DNA of 63,851 nt, filler included, from Bigelowiella natans CCMP2755 (GCA_000320545.1; 10 parts of 10 records of this genome joined end to end with filler, not necessarily neighbours in it); one strand, 5' to 3'; shown: positions 25,780 to 38,275, numbered from the whole stretch's first letter. Numbers and translations are program-made. The notes: generated by a model not told the origin, from the sequence alone.

Positions 25780-27036
25780 GGCACGTAGAGCCGCTCGTAA
25801 AAAAAGCAAGGCATCATTATTCATGCTAACAAAAAAGACTTGTGATCGATTCATTGACCTGTAACAACTCGTCTGGCCTTGCGAAGATGCGGTCCAGGAA
25901 GCAACAAGCGGCGGTGCTCGGCCCCCTGCAATGGCAGCCGCAGACCTCTTCGACTTTCTCGTTGCCCTCCTTACAGTTCTAAGAATTCCGAGGAGATATA
26001 AGGCAAATGCGATGACAAATTTATGTCCCATAGATCAACTTTTTCTTCCCTAGAATCTTCCAAATTCCTCTTCCTTTCTCCTTGATTCTCCTCTTCTTCT
26101 TCTTCTTCTTCTTCTTCTTCTTCTTCTTCTTCGTCACCATGATCATCATGCATCCCCCTATCATCGCTACTATTGTGCATTTAGTCACGATGACCTTCAA
26201 CCAGCCGCCAAGGCCCGCCAATAGGAGCTGACAAGCCTTTGTCCGGAGCTTCTTCTCTGCGCTCTCGCACGTCACCAAAACCGTGAGCGCATTTGCGGCA
26301 AACTTCCCAACGCCATGGTGGATCTCCCAACCCTGCACCCGATGCAAAAGATCAAATGAAGAGCTTCTGGTGAGTTACATAGCCACAGAGTGGGAGAGGG
26401 AATCGGGGAGCGGGAGGGGGGGGGGGGGGACACGGGAAAGTCTCAGATACCCTCCGAAGCGAACAGGCCAGCGAAGTGACCACTTCGTCTGCGAGGGGGA
26501 GGCGGCTCACAGCTTCCGGCTCGTAAGCAACTAGCTGTCCTACTGCGAACGTGGCCTCGTCAACCGATAGCGCAACCTGTGGTGAGTTATACAGCCGTGT
26601 TTTAGGCAAATCATTCTCGCCCGCCCCTTCCTCATCCGGCTCTCTCAGCCGCAATTTCGGACGATGGTGAAAGCATTGATCGGCAACAAAGAGGACAGAT
26701 AAATTATGGCGGCAGCCGAATGCGGGGACCTGGGATATCTTGAGGAATTCAGTTTTGACTTGGAGCGTGCCGCACAATATCTTGAGCTGTGAGGACAGGG
26801 TAGGGAAGGGGAATGGGGGGGTGGGGAGAGGGGGTTAGGTCAGGAAGCTAGGTCTTACCCACAAAGAACATGGTGCCAGTCTGTGTTGCTTACGCATATA
26901 CCTGTTGGATAAGCGTCGCTTCATTTTCCTTTATCCATTCTGGATTCAACTGGTCTGGATTTTCTGGAGGAGAGAAGGGGACGGGAAAGGAGAAAATTTT
27001 ATTTCGGATTCGGTCATGTGTAGGAGATAACCCAGG

Positions 27037-27113
<77 letters not shown>

Positions 27114-27460
27114 TATAAATTATATTAAAATTATATTATATAATATTATGGTTATCGTAAAAAGCTCTACCCAATACATTGAAGAGGTCGTCCCATGGTA
27201 GCCCGATCAAATTGCCTTTAAAAGCATTTGTTAATCGTGCCGATGAAAGCTGTCTCGGGCACTACAGGGTTTGGAAGTGGAGTTATAGCTTACCAGCCTG
27301 CTGCATAGAGCTCGGCCTGACAAATGAAAGGAACGACTCTGCTCCCGCTGCGACCCCCGTGGCGACTACTTTTGTGGACTACTTCCTAATTTACGGTAAT
27401 GGGGTAATCTAACATAACATCTTCTAGAAGAAGAAGAAGATGATGATGGCGATAATGACA

Positions 27461-27506
<46 letters not shown>

Positions 27507-27700
27507 CGCACCTGGTCCCTCTCTCGAAGGCCCCGGAAGAGTCGCTGGTGTTTTAATACTTCAAAATATATTCCAGCAGGGAAGGGAGGTGGATAGACTA
27601 CGAGACCTCAGAGGCTGCTTGTGCGAAGTAATCATGAAGGGCAATTTCTTACTACGACATGCCAAATATCCCTGATTTTACTAAGGTTTAGAAGGAAGAA
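25780..27700 (-). CDS. Hypothetical multi-exon protein (helical, ARM-like?)
   Basis: Coding-like exons flanked by GT/AG: EATFAVGQLVAYEPEAVSRLPLADEVVTSLACSLRR and GVGKFAANALTVLVTCESAEKKLRTKACQLLLAGLGGWLK. No recognised family; ends uncertain. Confidence 0.35.
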
Positions 27701-28072
27701 GCAAAAGGCGCTACGTAATTAAAAATTCTGAGATTAAATTTGCTGTCGCATACGAGTTTCATCCTTAGACTCAAGAATTGAAGCGCAGACACTGGAACAA
27801 GAAGTAGATCTTATTCGAAAGAAATTGTTGGCTCGACATTCTGCATGGAAATCGCAGGGCGTATCTATGTAATCCTGTGGGACAGGAGGAAGCGACATGT
27901 CTTTCGGGTGGGATTGGAGAAGAAAATGTTGAGGTTTTAAGTCAGAAGGAGCAGAGAGGGGAAAAGAAAACGAAGTCGGAAGTTCGCTCTTCGTCTCCAA
28001 ACGATGATGTCCACCTCCACCCGCTTTCGTCTCCTCTGATCATCCCTCGCCTACGAGCTCTAGTTGCTCATC

Positions 28073-29017
28073 ATGGGGGCCGCATACCCGTCATCTTGCT
28101 GCCCATCCTGCTGCTTCTGCTGCCCGACGGGCTTGGTGTATCAAGAAATAAAGCAGACATTCGACGCGGATTGGTAAGATAGTTTAATAGTAAAGCGTGA
28201 CATCATAATTCTTGCGTCCATCAGGGAGGGCGTGGAGCTGACTTCGGACGAGATCAACGACTTACAGATGCATTTAGAGGATGACCTTGATAACATTGAT
28301 TTTGATGAGGACGGGTTTGTCGAGACGGTGGAGGAGCTAGAGAATCTGGAGAAAGAGCTTGAGGAGGCGGAGGACGGGTCATCCATTTTCCCCCCTTACC
28401 CAACCACATCATCGAGCAAGCCCATTGTCCCTGTTTGTTTGAGTATACCTTCTAAATTTCGTGAAATTACATTCATTTATGGTATCATCGCCTTGGGATG
28501 CAGGTCTCATTTTATTTGCAATTGTAACGTGTGGTGTGTGGCAACAGCGATTCCGTCAATGAGAATGAGCCGCAAATGTCCCTGAAATTGGATCCTCATG
28601 AGCTTCAAGAAGACCATAATTTGCATCAAGGAGCTACTGTAGTCAAAGCGATCGATCCTCCTCCAAATGATTCCGCAGTGACTGCGCAGGATGGTGGGAG
28701 GGAGAAAATTACACAAGAACCTCGGCCCACAAAACTATCTCGGAGAGAGGCAAGAGAAATCAAGGAGCGGACGAGGACAAATATGCTAAAGAAAAATGTA
28801 AAGCGTATATGCCTATTACATGTATGTAACAATGTAGGGGATGTTGAAATCTAAGAACAACGTCCCGTTAGGTACAAATAGAAGCCCCAATCGAACACCA
28901 CTCTCACTACAACATAGAATCTCTCTTGGATGAAGATGAGGTATTCTACCGGCTTTGAATGATAAAAAGACATCAGTATGTGTGCAACAGCTTGATTGGG
29001 AATTTGGGACATATTAA
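28073..29017 (+). CDS. Small acidic protein with N-terminal MG + Cys cluster (putative myristoylation/palmitoylation), 5 exons
   Basis: Spliced reading: MGAAYPSSCCPSCCFCCPTGLVYQEIKQTFDAD|WEGVELTSDEINDLQMHLEDDLDNIDFDED...|DSVNENEPQ...MLKKN|VQIEAPIEHH...DEDE|LDWEFGTY*. Confidence 0.6.
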
Positions 29018-29409
29018 CATCGTAATTGTATTCTCTTTCTCGCCTCATGGATCTTGTGTTTTGGGGTAGGAGGCCACTGAGGGCTGGGATGCCGAGGCTT
29101 TCTCTCCTGTAGAAAAGAGCAAAAGCAAGCAATCATAAATCTCATTTTTACTTCATATGTGTCACACAAACGCAATGAGGACGACCTGGCCGCGTTGCAT
29201 TGTCGTACCCCCCCAACTAGCCAACTACCACATTTGTGACTATGCGATGCAACCAGCACTACCACTACTACTGCAAAAAGAGGAGGTTTGTCACTTGCCT
29301 TCCTCGACTGTTCCAAACTGTCTGCTTACGGCGGTGATAGTTTTCCCACGAAATCATGCGTGGATTGAACAAAATAGCAAACTTCAAGCACGGTTCCTTG
29401 ATGTGTTCT

Positions 29410-30262
29410 AGTGTTAGCTAGCTAGGCTAGTTGGGCGTGGCAGAGCTGGCATGATCGACCATGACACACATGTACAGCGATTGCGATCGACGCATGCACC
29501 ACTACCAGACTAGACCACGTTCATTTTTTCATCACGTTGCGGCGATGCAGCAGCATTGTGGACAATGCTGGGATGACCAATGCAAGATTCGTGACATGGC
29601 CCATGACTGTTGGCGCCACGTCTAGACAGACGTGCCACAATTGTCCAAAGATGGATGGAGCGTGTGTGGCGCTGTGCCCACAACGATTTGTAACGTGCCA
29701 TGCGTGCTGTCGCGCCTTCGGTTTGTGCATTCTTCGCGTGCGTGGGAGTTGGCATGCTAGCATGCTGTCATCATTGTTGTTGTTGCATGTTTGTCTGAAC
29801 TTGCTCAGCTGCACGGCAGCAGGCATTCTAGCATTGTGCGACAATGCGACGCGACATTAAAACCATTCGCATGCAGAACGTCTGCACATGTGCAGCCGGG
29901 CTGCACGTTGACCTTGAACTCGTCGTCACTGCTAGACTGGCTAGCTGGGTCAATGAGGCAAGCTGCGTGCTTCAGAGTGGGCTAGTGGGTGACGCTGATC
30001 GGTCAGCGTGCTGCGGTGATGGTTCTGAGGTGCTGCGCACGAATGCAGGAGCATGCGTGAGAGCAGTGCGCAAGGTTGCAAAATTGGTGCATGAAGTTTG
30101 TTTGTTGCATGTTTGTGCACGCCGCAAGTCGAAAGATGGTAGCCAATGACGACGATGGCATCATTGCACAGCGTGCCCTGTGATTCATCTGCTCTTGGCC
30201 GCATCGCGCAACGCTCAGGAATCAAATGCGTGCGTTCACGTGCGAAGCAACAAAATCTAGAA
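29410..30262. other. TpA-erased, CTAG-retaining island (possibly a degenerate repeat or ORF)
   Basis: 29506-30262 has about 11 TpA, 8 of them in CTAG. It begins with ctagtgttagctagctaggctag. All frames are Cys/His-rich and Tyr-poor. Confidence 0.85.
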
Positions 30263-31732
30263 ATTAGACATCCTTCTACGAACGACCAATCAAATTCAAG
30301 TTTTTCCGCATCTACTACGTATTTTTTAAAATCTGTCTGAACAAATTGAAACCTCACATGTGACGCCTTCCATCTTCTTTTAGAGTGGCTCCGAATGGAG
30401 GCTAGAAAGTGCCAAAGTAAAGCATGGTTGCTTTTGCACAACACAAGCAAGGGACTTTGGGACATTCGATGTCTTTTTAACATTAACCGCAAATCAAGAT
30501 ATACGTTTTGTCGAATGAGCTGTCATCCTTTAATTTTAAACCATATTTTGATTTGGATTCAATTCGCTCGATGGAGAAAGGGTTTCATTCCTCACTTAAT
30601 AACGATCTTTCTTCATCGGGCTGCTTGTGAAGTTCGTAAGGAATTCACGGACGAGGGGAATCCAGCTGATAAATACGTCAAAACATAGAGATAATACAGA
30701 AGCTGTGTTGCAGGTCAACGCCGAACTAAATCACGCACTTTCAAACTCTAAAAGTATGAGGTGAATCTCAGCACAGAGACGGCAGCCAACGCAGCTAAAT
30801 ACAAAATGATCGTCTTGCATCGCCAATATGCACTCGCTGCGATCACTTCTCGACTTACTTTGGTCATTTGCTTGTACACACAGGGTTCACACATTCCTCA
30901 CGCGCTAGTTTCATTGGCCTCTGCGTGAAGGACAGATGATCCTTCCCTCGTTCGCGTCTAAATGGCGTGCTATGAAAGCAATCCGTGCTAAGATTTCCAG
31001 GTGGTTTTTCATTAGCGACATGATACCAGGGCCAAACCCACTATTCTCGCCGCCCTCTGTAGATCTATCAACGCCATTGATCTTCGATCACCAGCAAAGA
31101 ATGCGCAACGATCACGAGCACGCGATAGCCACGAGTACCACCTGCCACCGCGACAGAAAACAAAGGCCATTTAGACCCTGCAGCTATCGTAATTCTTATG
31201 TCGCACGAACATAAATGGTCTTTGCTAAATAGTCGAACCGACGACCGGTGCTCCAGGGCAAGTCGCAGGCCGGAAATACAGGCTATTTCAGGCGGAAGGA
31301 TCGCAAAAATGGAAAGCGATCACGGCCAGAGTTCGGACTTGCTTCCTTGCTTCCTTTCGCAGTCCGGACTCGCAGACTTGCCGCCGTGCAGTTTCGAGCC
31401 GGGAGCCATGCGACGAGGCTGTCGCAGATGACGAGCGCCCTCTTACTGTATGCAATGTTTGGATACGATTCCAGGAGATAAAAGCTGCGAAAGCACGTAT
31501 CACCGAAGCTGAAGCCGATTCGCGGCGAAGAGACAGCGCGCCGCTGCCAATCCGCACGGTTTCTCGGGCGCATTGGTTGTATCTCTCGGATTTGGGATTG
31601 GTACTTACGTGCAACACGCAATGATGAGTCGTGTGAGAGCTTTGTCGACGGGAAAGTAGCATTCCCCCAATAGGCGAGGTGGCTCAGAATCCATCAGACA
31701 ACAGTTCTCTGAGCCCAAAACTCTTTCCTAAG

Positions 31733-32614
31733 ATGATCTTCCAGCTTGCCATCGTTCTGTGTTTATCGTCACCAGTCGTCCTGGCTAACTGGAATCAGGA
31801 GCAGCATGCCATCAGTGTTAACGAATCGTCAAGCGTGCGTGTCGGAGGTTCTTGTGACAGCGATGATGTCTACTGTACTAGCCACGGTAAACGATATATG
31901 GCCTGCATCAATGGGCGCTACAAGTTGAAGGCATTCGAGAAGTGCGAGGGTTGCGGCACAGATGAGGATGGAAAGTGCTATCTGAAGGCGATATGTAAGT
32001 TCAAGATTCGGATCGAGAACATTGCTTTCCGTCAGCCCCTTTCCCCGTTCTTCGTGGCCGTCCACACCGACGAAGCACAGCCCTTGTTCGAGTTTGGGAA
32101 AAAGGCGTCGCGAGGGCTACGAATCGTTGCCGAAGATGGCAACGCAGCGCCTCTCGTCAATATGTTTCGCGGCACTGACGGCGTGATTGAGACATTCGCC
32201 CTCGACGGGCCCGTCTTCCCCGCAGGATCAACAGAGTTTGAGGTGTACTTGAAAGAGAGCTATCTTCTCTCCGTAGCCTCTATGGCTATCAACACCAACG
32301 ACGCCTTCGTTGCTCTCAACGGGGTGAAGCTTCATGACCACGCGGTCTTCTACCTCGACGGCCTGGATGCGGGTTCCGAGGAGAATAACGAGCTCTGCAG
32401 CTTCATTCCTGGCCCTGCCTGCGCATCTGACAGTGGCAACAGCCGCGCCACAGGAGCAGCGGAGGGCTACGTGCATGTACATCGAGGGTTCTTTGGGATC
32501 AATGCGGGCAAAGACCTCGGCGAGGAGGATCTTGGTGTCAGCGGTAACCCGCTTGCAGCAGATCGCTACGACTGGCGCAACCCAATGGCGCGCGTTGTTG
32601 CGTACAAAATGTAG
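31733..32614 (+). CDS. Secreted Spondin_N (F-spondin/mindin-type) domain protein, intronless
   Basis: Signal peptide MIFQLAIVLCLSSPVVLA, then a Cys-rich segment, then QPLSPFFVAVH...ASRGLRIVAEDG...LSVASMAINTNDAFVALNG...DAGSEENNE...IPGP...EGYVHVHRG...DWRNPMARV. These are motifs of the bacterial/algal stand-alone spondin-domain family. Confidence 0.85.
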   Translation: MIFQLAIVLCLSSPVVLANWNQEQHAISVNESSSVRVGGSCDSDDVYCTSHGKRYMACINGRYKLKAFEKCEGCGTDEDGKCYLKAICKFKIRIENIAFRQPLSPFFVAVHTDEAQPLFEFGKKASRGLRIVAEDGNAAPLVNMFRGTDGVIETFALDGPVFPAGSTEFEVYLKESYLLSVASMAINTNDAFVALNGVKLHDHAVFYLDGLDAGSEENNELCSFIPGPACASDSGNSRATGAAEGYVHVHRGFFGINAGKDLGEEDLGVSGNPLAADRYDWRNPMARVVAYKM

Positions 32615-33300
32615 AAAGGAACATCCTGGCTTACGTTAAGCGGACACTTCACAAAATTCTTGTTCTATTATTGGCCTTTAAGCACGTTAGCAAAGCACAT
32701 TGAAATTGAGAGTTCAGAGCATTTTATAATTACATGTGCCAAAGTAGCCCAATGGATATACTGCTTTGACGTAGATTGTGTGCGTGTTGTATGCATGGAA
32801 AAGAGGTAACATTTAGTCATATCTATCTCATATACAAACGTGTACTACTCATTGTTGCATCGTCATTACATGTGTTGCGAATTCTTTTTAGAGCATGCTA
32901 TGATCACAATGCAACGCTGATATGCGTCGATCAGGGTGCGTATTTAGGCCTGGGTAGCTGGTCATCTAACAGTATGACTTTTGACTATACCGTTGCTGAT
33001 GGCAATGAATCAAAAAAACTGCTGCCAAGCTCTAGAGCTAGCAAGTGTGGCACAAGCACGTCCGTGCGCTCATGTGTATGTACATTTATTGTACAACTCT
33101 CTAGGGGTGCGTTGCAGATACAAATGACGCTTTTCAAATCAGCTTCATTTTGTTCCGATGATTTTATTCAAAAGGGGCTCCATAAGCGGAGAGGCAGTTT
33201 TTCAATTCACTTGGATCGTTCCACACGCAGCGACATGTTTGCACGCCATGCACCGGACGGAACTAGTTCATTGTCAATTGTTGAGATGTTGAGATCATGA

Positions 33301-34007
33301 CTATGTTAGGTTTTCTAATTTGTGCAGAACAACATCTCGTATGTGAGCGTTATCTTCCTCGCGAAATTGCCCCAGAAGTCCAGAGGCTGTTCCATTCACC
33401 TACCAACAATGATTGAGTGACAACTCTCTCGCGGTTAGAAACGCTATTCGCAAAATATCGCAATGTTACTTCGAGGATGTATTCCTTTCCGTCTGCTGCG
33501 TTGTGAATCGCATCCACAGTTAAAATATCCACCCTGCACGATGAACCAATACAGTAGAAAATTGCTTTATTTTAAATCACTCACGTTCGCGTGGCCTATT
33601 CATTTGCAAGATATCCTCTTGATCTAACAGAATAAGTATTAATGACTACTACCCTCCGAATAACTTAGCGGCCTCATCTGCCCAAAACTTATACTTGTCT
33701 GTAACCTATTATTCGTGGTAGTAGCAATCGATCTCCAGTAAAGGAATCTTCCATAATATCTTCTATCAAATAAAATCTTAAAGGGGATGGTGTACTTCGG
33801 GTTGCATTGTTGGTTTTGACAGGGGCATGATGCTGGGCACATGCATGCACAACGGCGTGAACCTACCTCAAGTATTTCGTGCTTGCTCGACCCCGTTTGT
33901 GTTTTCCACTGCCGTCGGTGCCGATGACGTTAGTGAGGAGGCGGTGGCAGTGCGCACAATGAGGTTATTGTTAATGACCAGCATTGTTTCGAGTAATATT
34001 TATGCGG

Positions 34008-34047
<40 letters not shown>

Positions 34048-34790
34048 CTCTGATGACGACCTTTCCAGATATCCCAATCCTTTTGAAGGCACTAGATGGT
34101 GTGGGATTGGGGAGGGAGGGGGGCGAGAGGTGTGACTTGACAAAATATCATTGGTGAATCTACGGATTACAGAACGCGCTCCGCTATACTGTTTCCTTCT
34201 CTATGCGTTCTCATTCTTCACATCTCACCGGTAATGTTTGCCGATTTTTTGAATGCGAATGTCATAGTTTCCTGAATACAACAAGAAGAAGACGAAGAAG
34301 AAGAAGAAGAAGGAGGAGGAGGATCAGGGTGGGTGGGGGGGAAGTTGATATATCTTTATTCCTCGCCGAAGGACGGCGTACGTGAATCATCTACTTCTAC
34401 TGCAATCTCTTGGCTTCCAACCTTGCACGAAGGGCTCGGCCGTGCAGTAATGCTTTGACATTGACATCAGCGAGCGCACCTACGATATCAGCACCCGCGC
34501 AGGTACACACAACATGCATATTCGCACATTCATTAAACACGAGCTGCTACATTCTAAATCCAATCTGTGCCTCCCGTAATGGAAGAATCGCTGCGTGCGA
34601 ATGAATCTAACATGCCTGTTACTCGAAGCTACTACTCTGCGAGAGTGTTGCGAATCCCTAGGTCAAATCGTGATACGCTGAAGTATATAACAAGCACATT
34701 GCGTACATCGTCCAGCTGCTTCTCGTCATGAGCCTTTATTTTGCCTTTATATATGTATATAAATATGTATAAACTACATGCATATGTATA

Positions 34791-34825
<35 letters not shown>

Positions 34826-35142
34826 ACACACATTTATTGGTAACTACACTACAACACACAGCGCCATATCGTGTGCCGACTGTGCTTCAAGACTTTCTGG
34901 GCTGCATGGGATGAGAAACCTCGACGGCTTTGCGCCCAGCCGTCACGCATCAGCTGTGCGTCTTCGATGAGGTCATGACTACTTCTATTTTACTATTACT
35001 GCTACTACTGCGACTACTCTGAAATGAGAGAGCTCGAAAACACACACGGACAGGAGGGGGGGGGGGGGGGGGGGGAGGAATAAAAAAAGGGAAAAGGACC
35101 CATTTCGTAGCACGTGGTCGAAGCGCTACCAAACTCCGTGGC

Positions 35143-35175
<33 letters not shown>

Positions 35176-36575
35176 AATGATGATGATGAGAAGGATAAGG
35201 AGAAGGAAGATGCTGTGTTGTTTGTGTTTAGATTCAGACGTTTGAACCTCTCAGTTACTTTCTCTTGTTGTTGGATATGTTGTTGAGATAAAGTAGCGAA
35301 AACTAAAGCCCGATATCTGCAAAATAACCGCAGCGTGCCACCACCTGTAGAACAGCTTTCTCACTGAAATTGAAGATCGCCTTGGGCGAATTGACACCTG
35401 CATAAGCCGATGTTTATTTGTGGGGAGGTTAGGATTCACGCCGCCTCTAATAATCGAGAAGTAGTGCGTCGAGATTCGGCATCATCATTTTTCTAAAGTG
35501 CGGGGTTTTGGCAGATGGCTATATATCCAAACCGGGGACTCCCGCAAACATGAGACCGTATAAGTTGTTTCGGAAATCGAAGGTAGCAGCTCTCACCTTT
35601 TGTTTCAGATAAACAAACCACACACAACATGATCTAACGTCGACGAAGGAGCACAGGCACAAGCATTTCCGTTCTATATCACCTGATTTCGCGCGAGAAT
35701 CTTCGGTAGTTGGCGGGCGATAGAATAACACAAAAAAATGGGTCACGAGTATAAGATGCAAACGGGCATTTCGTATACGCTTTGTTTCCCTTCTAACAAG
35801 CCAAGTATACACTTACTATGTCTGGCTTCACTGTCTCCGAGGATAACATTGGAGCGTAGCGAATGCCCCCCCTCTCCTCCGCTGAGATACTCGCTACTCC
35901 AAAGACTGTGGATTGTATTCGACGTGGCTTGACCATAACCAAGCACCGAGAAGATGGGGTTCCTTTCACCTAGTCAAGAAATATAATCTTTGCTGCTGCC
36001 TCTCCTACGCTATTTGACATGCATCTCATGGGGAGGAGGATGGATTATGTACAAGTCCCAACAATGCAGGAAGAGGGTAAAGGGAATAATTAAAGAGGGG
36101 TTAATGCAAACCGAGTTCTCAGACGAAACGTTAAAGTCGTCCCATCCACACTGAATCACCTTAGTTTGTACCGAAGAGGAAAACATTGTGTAATCTCAGC
36201 AGTCCTATTCGTTAAATGAGAGTTAATCATACCTTCACAGGCCTTCCTGCCACCTTTGCGTCCTTTTTTGGTTTTGGATGGTTTAGATTAGACGAAGAGA
36301 CAACGCCGATACAACCAGCATTCCGATTCAACTGCTGTACCTTGAAAAGTTTGTGCCAGTCTGTCGCTTGCCTGCCCAGCGTCTTGGGGAATGTTTGAAG
36401 TACAGTAAGTTCTTAGCGTAAGCTAATTTAACTACGAAGCAACGGATCTGTACCGAATCGATGGCCAGAACGACCAAAGACGATGATTTCTTCACCTTTC
36501 AATTTATCAGTTTAGTATGTAATCGAACGCTCATTCCTCAATAGTCCATAATACCTCGCTTTTCACGGAACTCAT
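33301..36575 (-). CDS. Synapsin-like ATP-grasp protein, many short exons
   Basis: Exon peptides: ATDWHKLFK|DAKVAGRPVK|VIQCGWDDFNV; DFRNNLYGLMFAGVP; YCTAEPFVQG; EYDIRIQKIGKHY-like; QWKTQTGSSKHEILE; WADEAAKLFG|GVDILTVDAIHNAADGKEYILEV; NGTASGLLG...KLENLT*. These match synapsin C-domain motifs (DWAKYF, YDVRVQKIG, NWKTNTG, GGLDICAV). Confidence 0.85.
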
Positions 36576-37000
36576 GGCAGCCCTCGCTCGAGTTACGAGT
36601 ATTTGATCAAATAAAAATTTCTAGAATTAAGTTACATATTCTATTGTCGCAGCCAACAAATTCTGTGTAATTTTACTTTTTAAAATTTATATTCAAATGC
36701 GTGTCTCCGAGGTAAAAATATGAAGATTTTCACAAAGCGACATCGATAAAGTTCTGTCGTAATGCATAGTCGCTCTCAAAGAGCGAGGAAGCTCTTCCAG
36801 GTGAAGGGCATCCCGTACTCACACGGGGTGGGAAGGGCGAGAACTTGAACGGTTTATCCTCTGCGACATGTAATTTCCTGTGTCGTTGTAGGAAACACGT
36901 ATACGCTCATTGCTTGCGATGCTTGATGCACGCCAGGGGCAAAAAATGGATTCGCACGAAGACGCCAAAACCCAGAAGAATCTGCATTACCATTAGCGAT

Positions 37001-38275
37001 ATGGGGTCGAAGGTTGAAGATGAGTGCCCACTGAAGGGGAAAAGCGTTGTGCTGAGCGATAGCTCTGGCTTCTTCACAGCCACCCTTCAAGCTGCAAGTA
37101 GGCTTGAACGCAACTCGAAGTTCTATGTCCTCCAGCTCATCCAGGAGTCCCAAGGCGAGGCTTACCACATATGGGCTCGATGGGGTCGGATTGGAGGGGG
37201 AGGGGTATCCAAACTTACCCCCTACGACAGCATAGAGTCAGCAAAAGCTGCTTTCATCTCTACATTCAAAAACAAGACTGGAAATGAATGGAAATCGAGA
37301 TTTACTGGGTTTGTTCCGAAAGAAGGAAAGTACTCTCTTATGGGCCATGAGAAGGCTGATGAGACTCAGGAGCGGGCTAAACAATATGATGAGATGATGA
37401 GTCGCTTCCGCGCACATCCCAACGAAGGGCGCGTCGAAGAGATCCAACAGGAGGATGAGAGCAAGGGCGAAATTGTGGAATCTGTACGCACGCACCGATG
37501 GCAATACTATGTCGATGATCATGTCGATGGTAAGGCAACCGGATGGTACGACTACGATCTCGAGGCGTCTGACGTTGTAGATTTCGCTTTCAAGGACTGG
37601 AAGCGAAATCCCGCGGTCAGCGTGCGCGCGATAAAGAGCGGCACGTACACCTACAGCGTCAACTTCAACGAGATGGAGCAGACCAACATCGAACACCACA
37701 ATCACAAAAAGCGTGTTCTGCGGAGAGAGATTCATCATGGAAATGATGAGATCTCCCCCTCGCTAGCCGAATCTGCGAACGCAGCTATCACAAAGGCGGT
37801 GAAAAGGCACCCACCCCCCTTGACCGAATCTGCGGGTGCTGCTATCTCGAAGCCTCCAAAAAGGAGGGCGACAAAACCCAAAAAAAAAACTGTTAAGAGA
37901 GCAACGAATGCTTTCAAAGATTCTACAAAAATTGTCAAGAAGACAGGATCCAAGGTGAGGAAACCCAGGCCTTCAAAAGACATCGTTTTCAAGGTGAGGC
38001 GGAACGCTAGTAGACAGGCACGAGCTGCCCAGGAAAGGAGGCGCATTGGTTGGAATGCGGTAGCAGGCATGGCCTTTGAACTTCCTGCGTGGTTCTTCGC
38101 TGTACCGGCAGGAGCACGTAAGTCTAAGCGTCTTGCAAGTGCGCGCTCTAGCTTGCTTCTCGGCAGGGGCTTGAACAAAATGATTTCCATCCCGGAAAGG
38201 TACCTGACGACCGAGCGATTAGCAGGCATTCGAGCCAACCGCCGCATCGCCCGTAGCAAATCCTTTCGTAAATGA
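37001..38275 (+). CDS. WGR-domain + WWE-domain protein with Lys/Arg-rich C-terminal tail, intronless
   Basis: PARP-type WGR domain: NSKFYVLQLIQ...YHIWARWGRIG...AKAAFISTFKNKTGNEW. WWE domain: RWQYYVDD...GWYDYDLEASDVVDFAF...YTYSVNFNEMEQTN...KRVLRR. Basic tail follows; no PARP catalytic domain in the ORF. Confidence 0.88.
   Translation: MGSKVEDECPLKGKSVVLSDSSGFFTATLQAASRLERNSKFYVLQLIQESQGEAYHIWARWGRIGGGGVSKLTPYDSIESAKAAFISTFKNKTGNEWKSRFTGFVPKEGKYSLMGHEKADETQERAKQYDEMMSRFRAHPNEGRVEEIQQEDESKGEIVESVRTHRWQYYVDDHVDGKATGWYDYDLEASDVVDFAFKDWKRNPAVSVRAIKSGTYTYSVNFNEMEQTNIEHHNHKKRVLRREIHHGNDEISPSLAESANAAITKAVKRHPPPLTESAGAAISKPPKRRATKPKKKTVKRATNAFKDSTKIVKKTGSKVRKPRPSKDIVFKVRRNASRQARAAQERRRIGWNAVAGMAFELPAWFFAVPAGARKSKRLASARSSLLLGRGLNKMISIPERYLTTERLAGIRANRRIARSKSFRK

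Noticed and set aside
29410-30262. Assigning a specific transposon or protein family to the island ORFs
   Set aside because: No RT, transposase or other motif was recognisable by eye in any frame.
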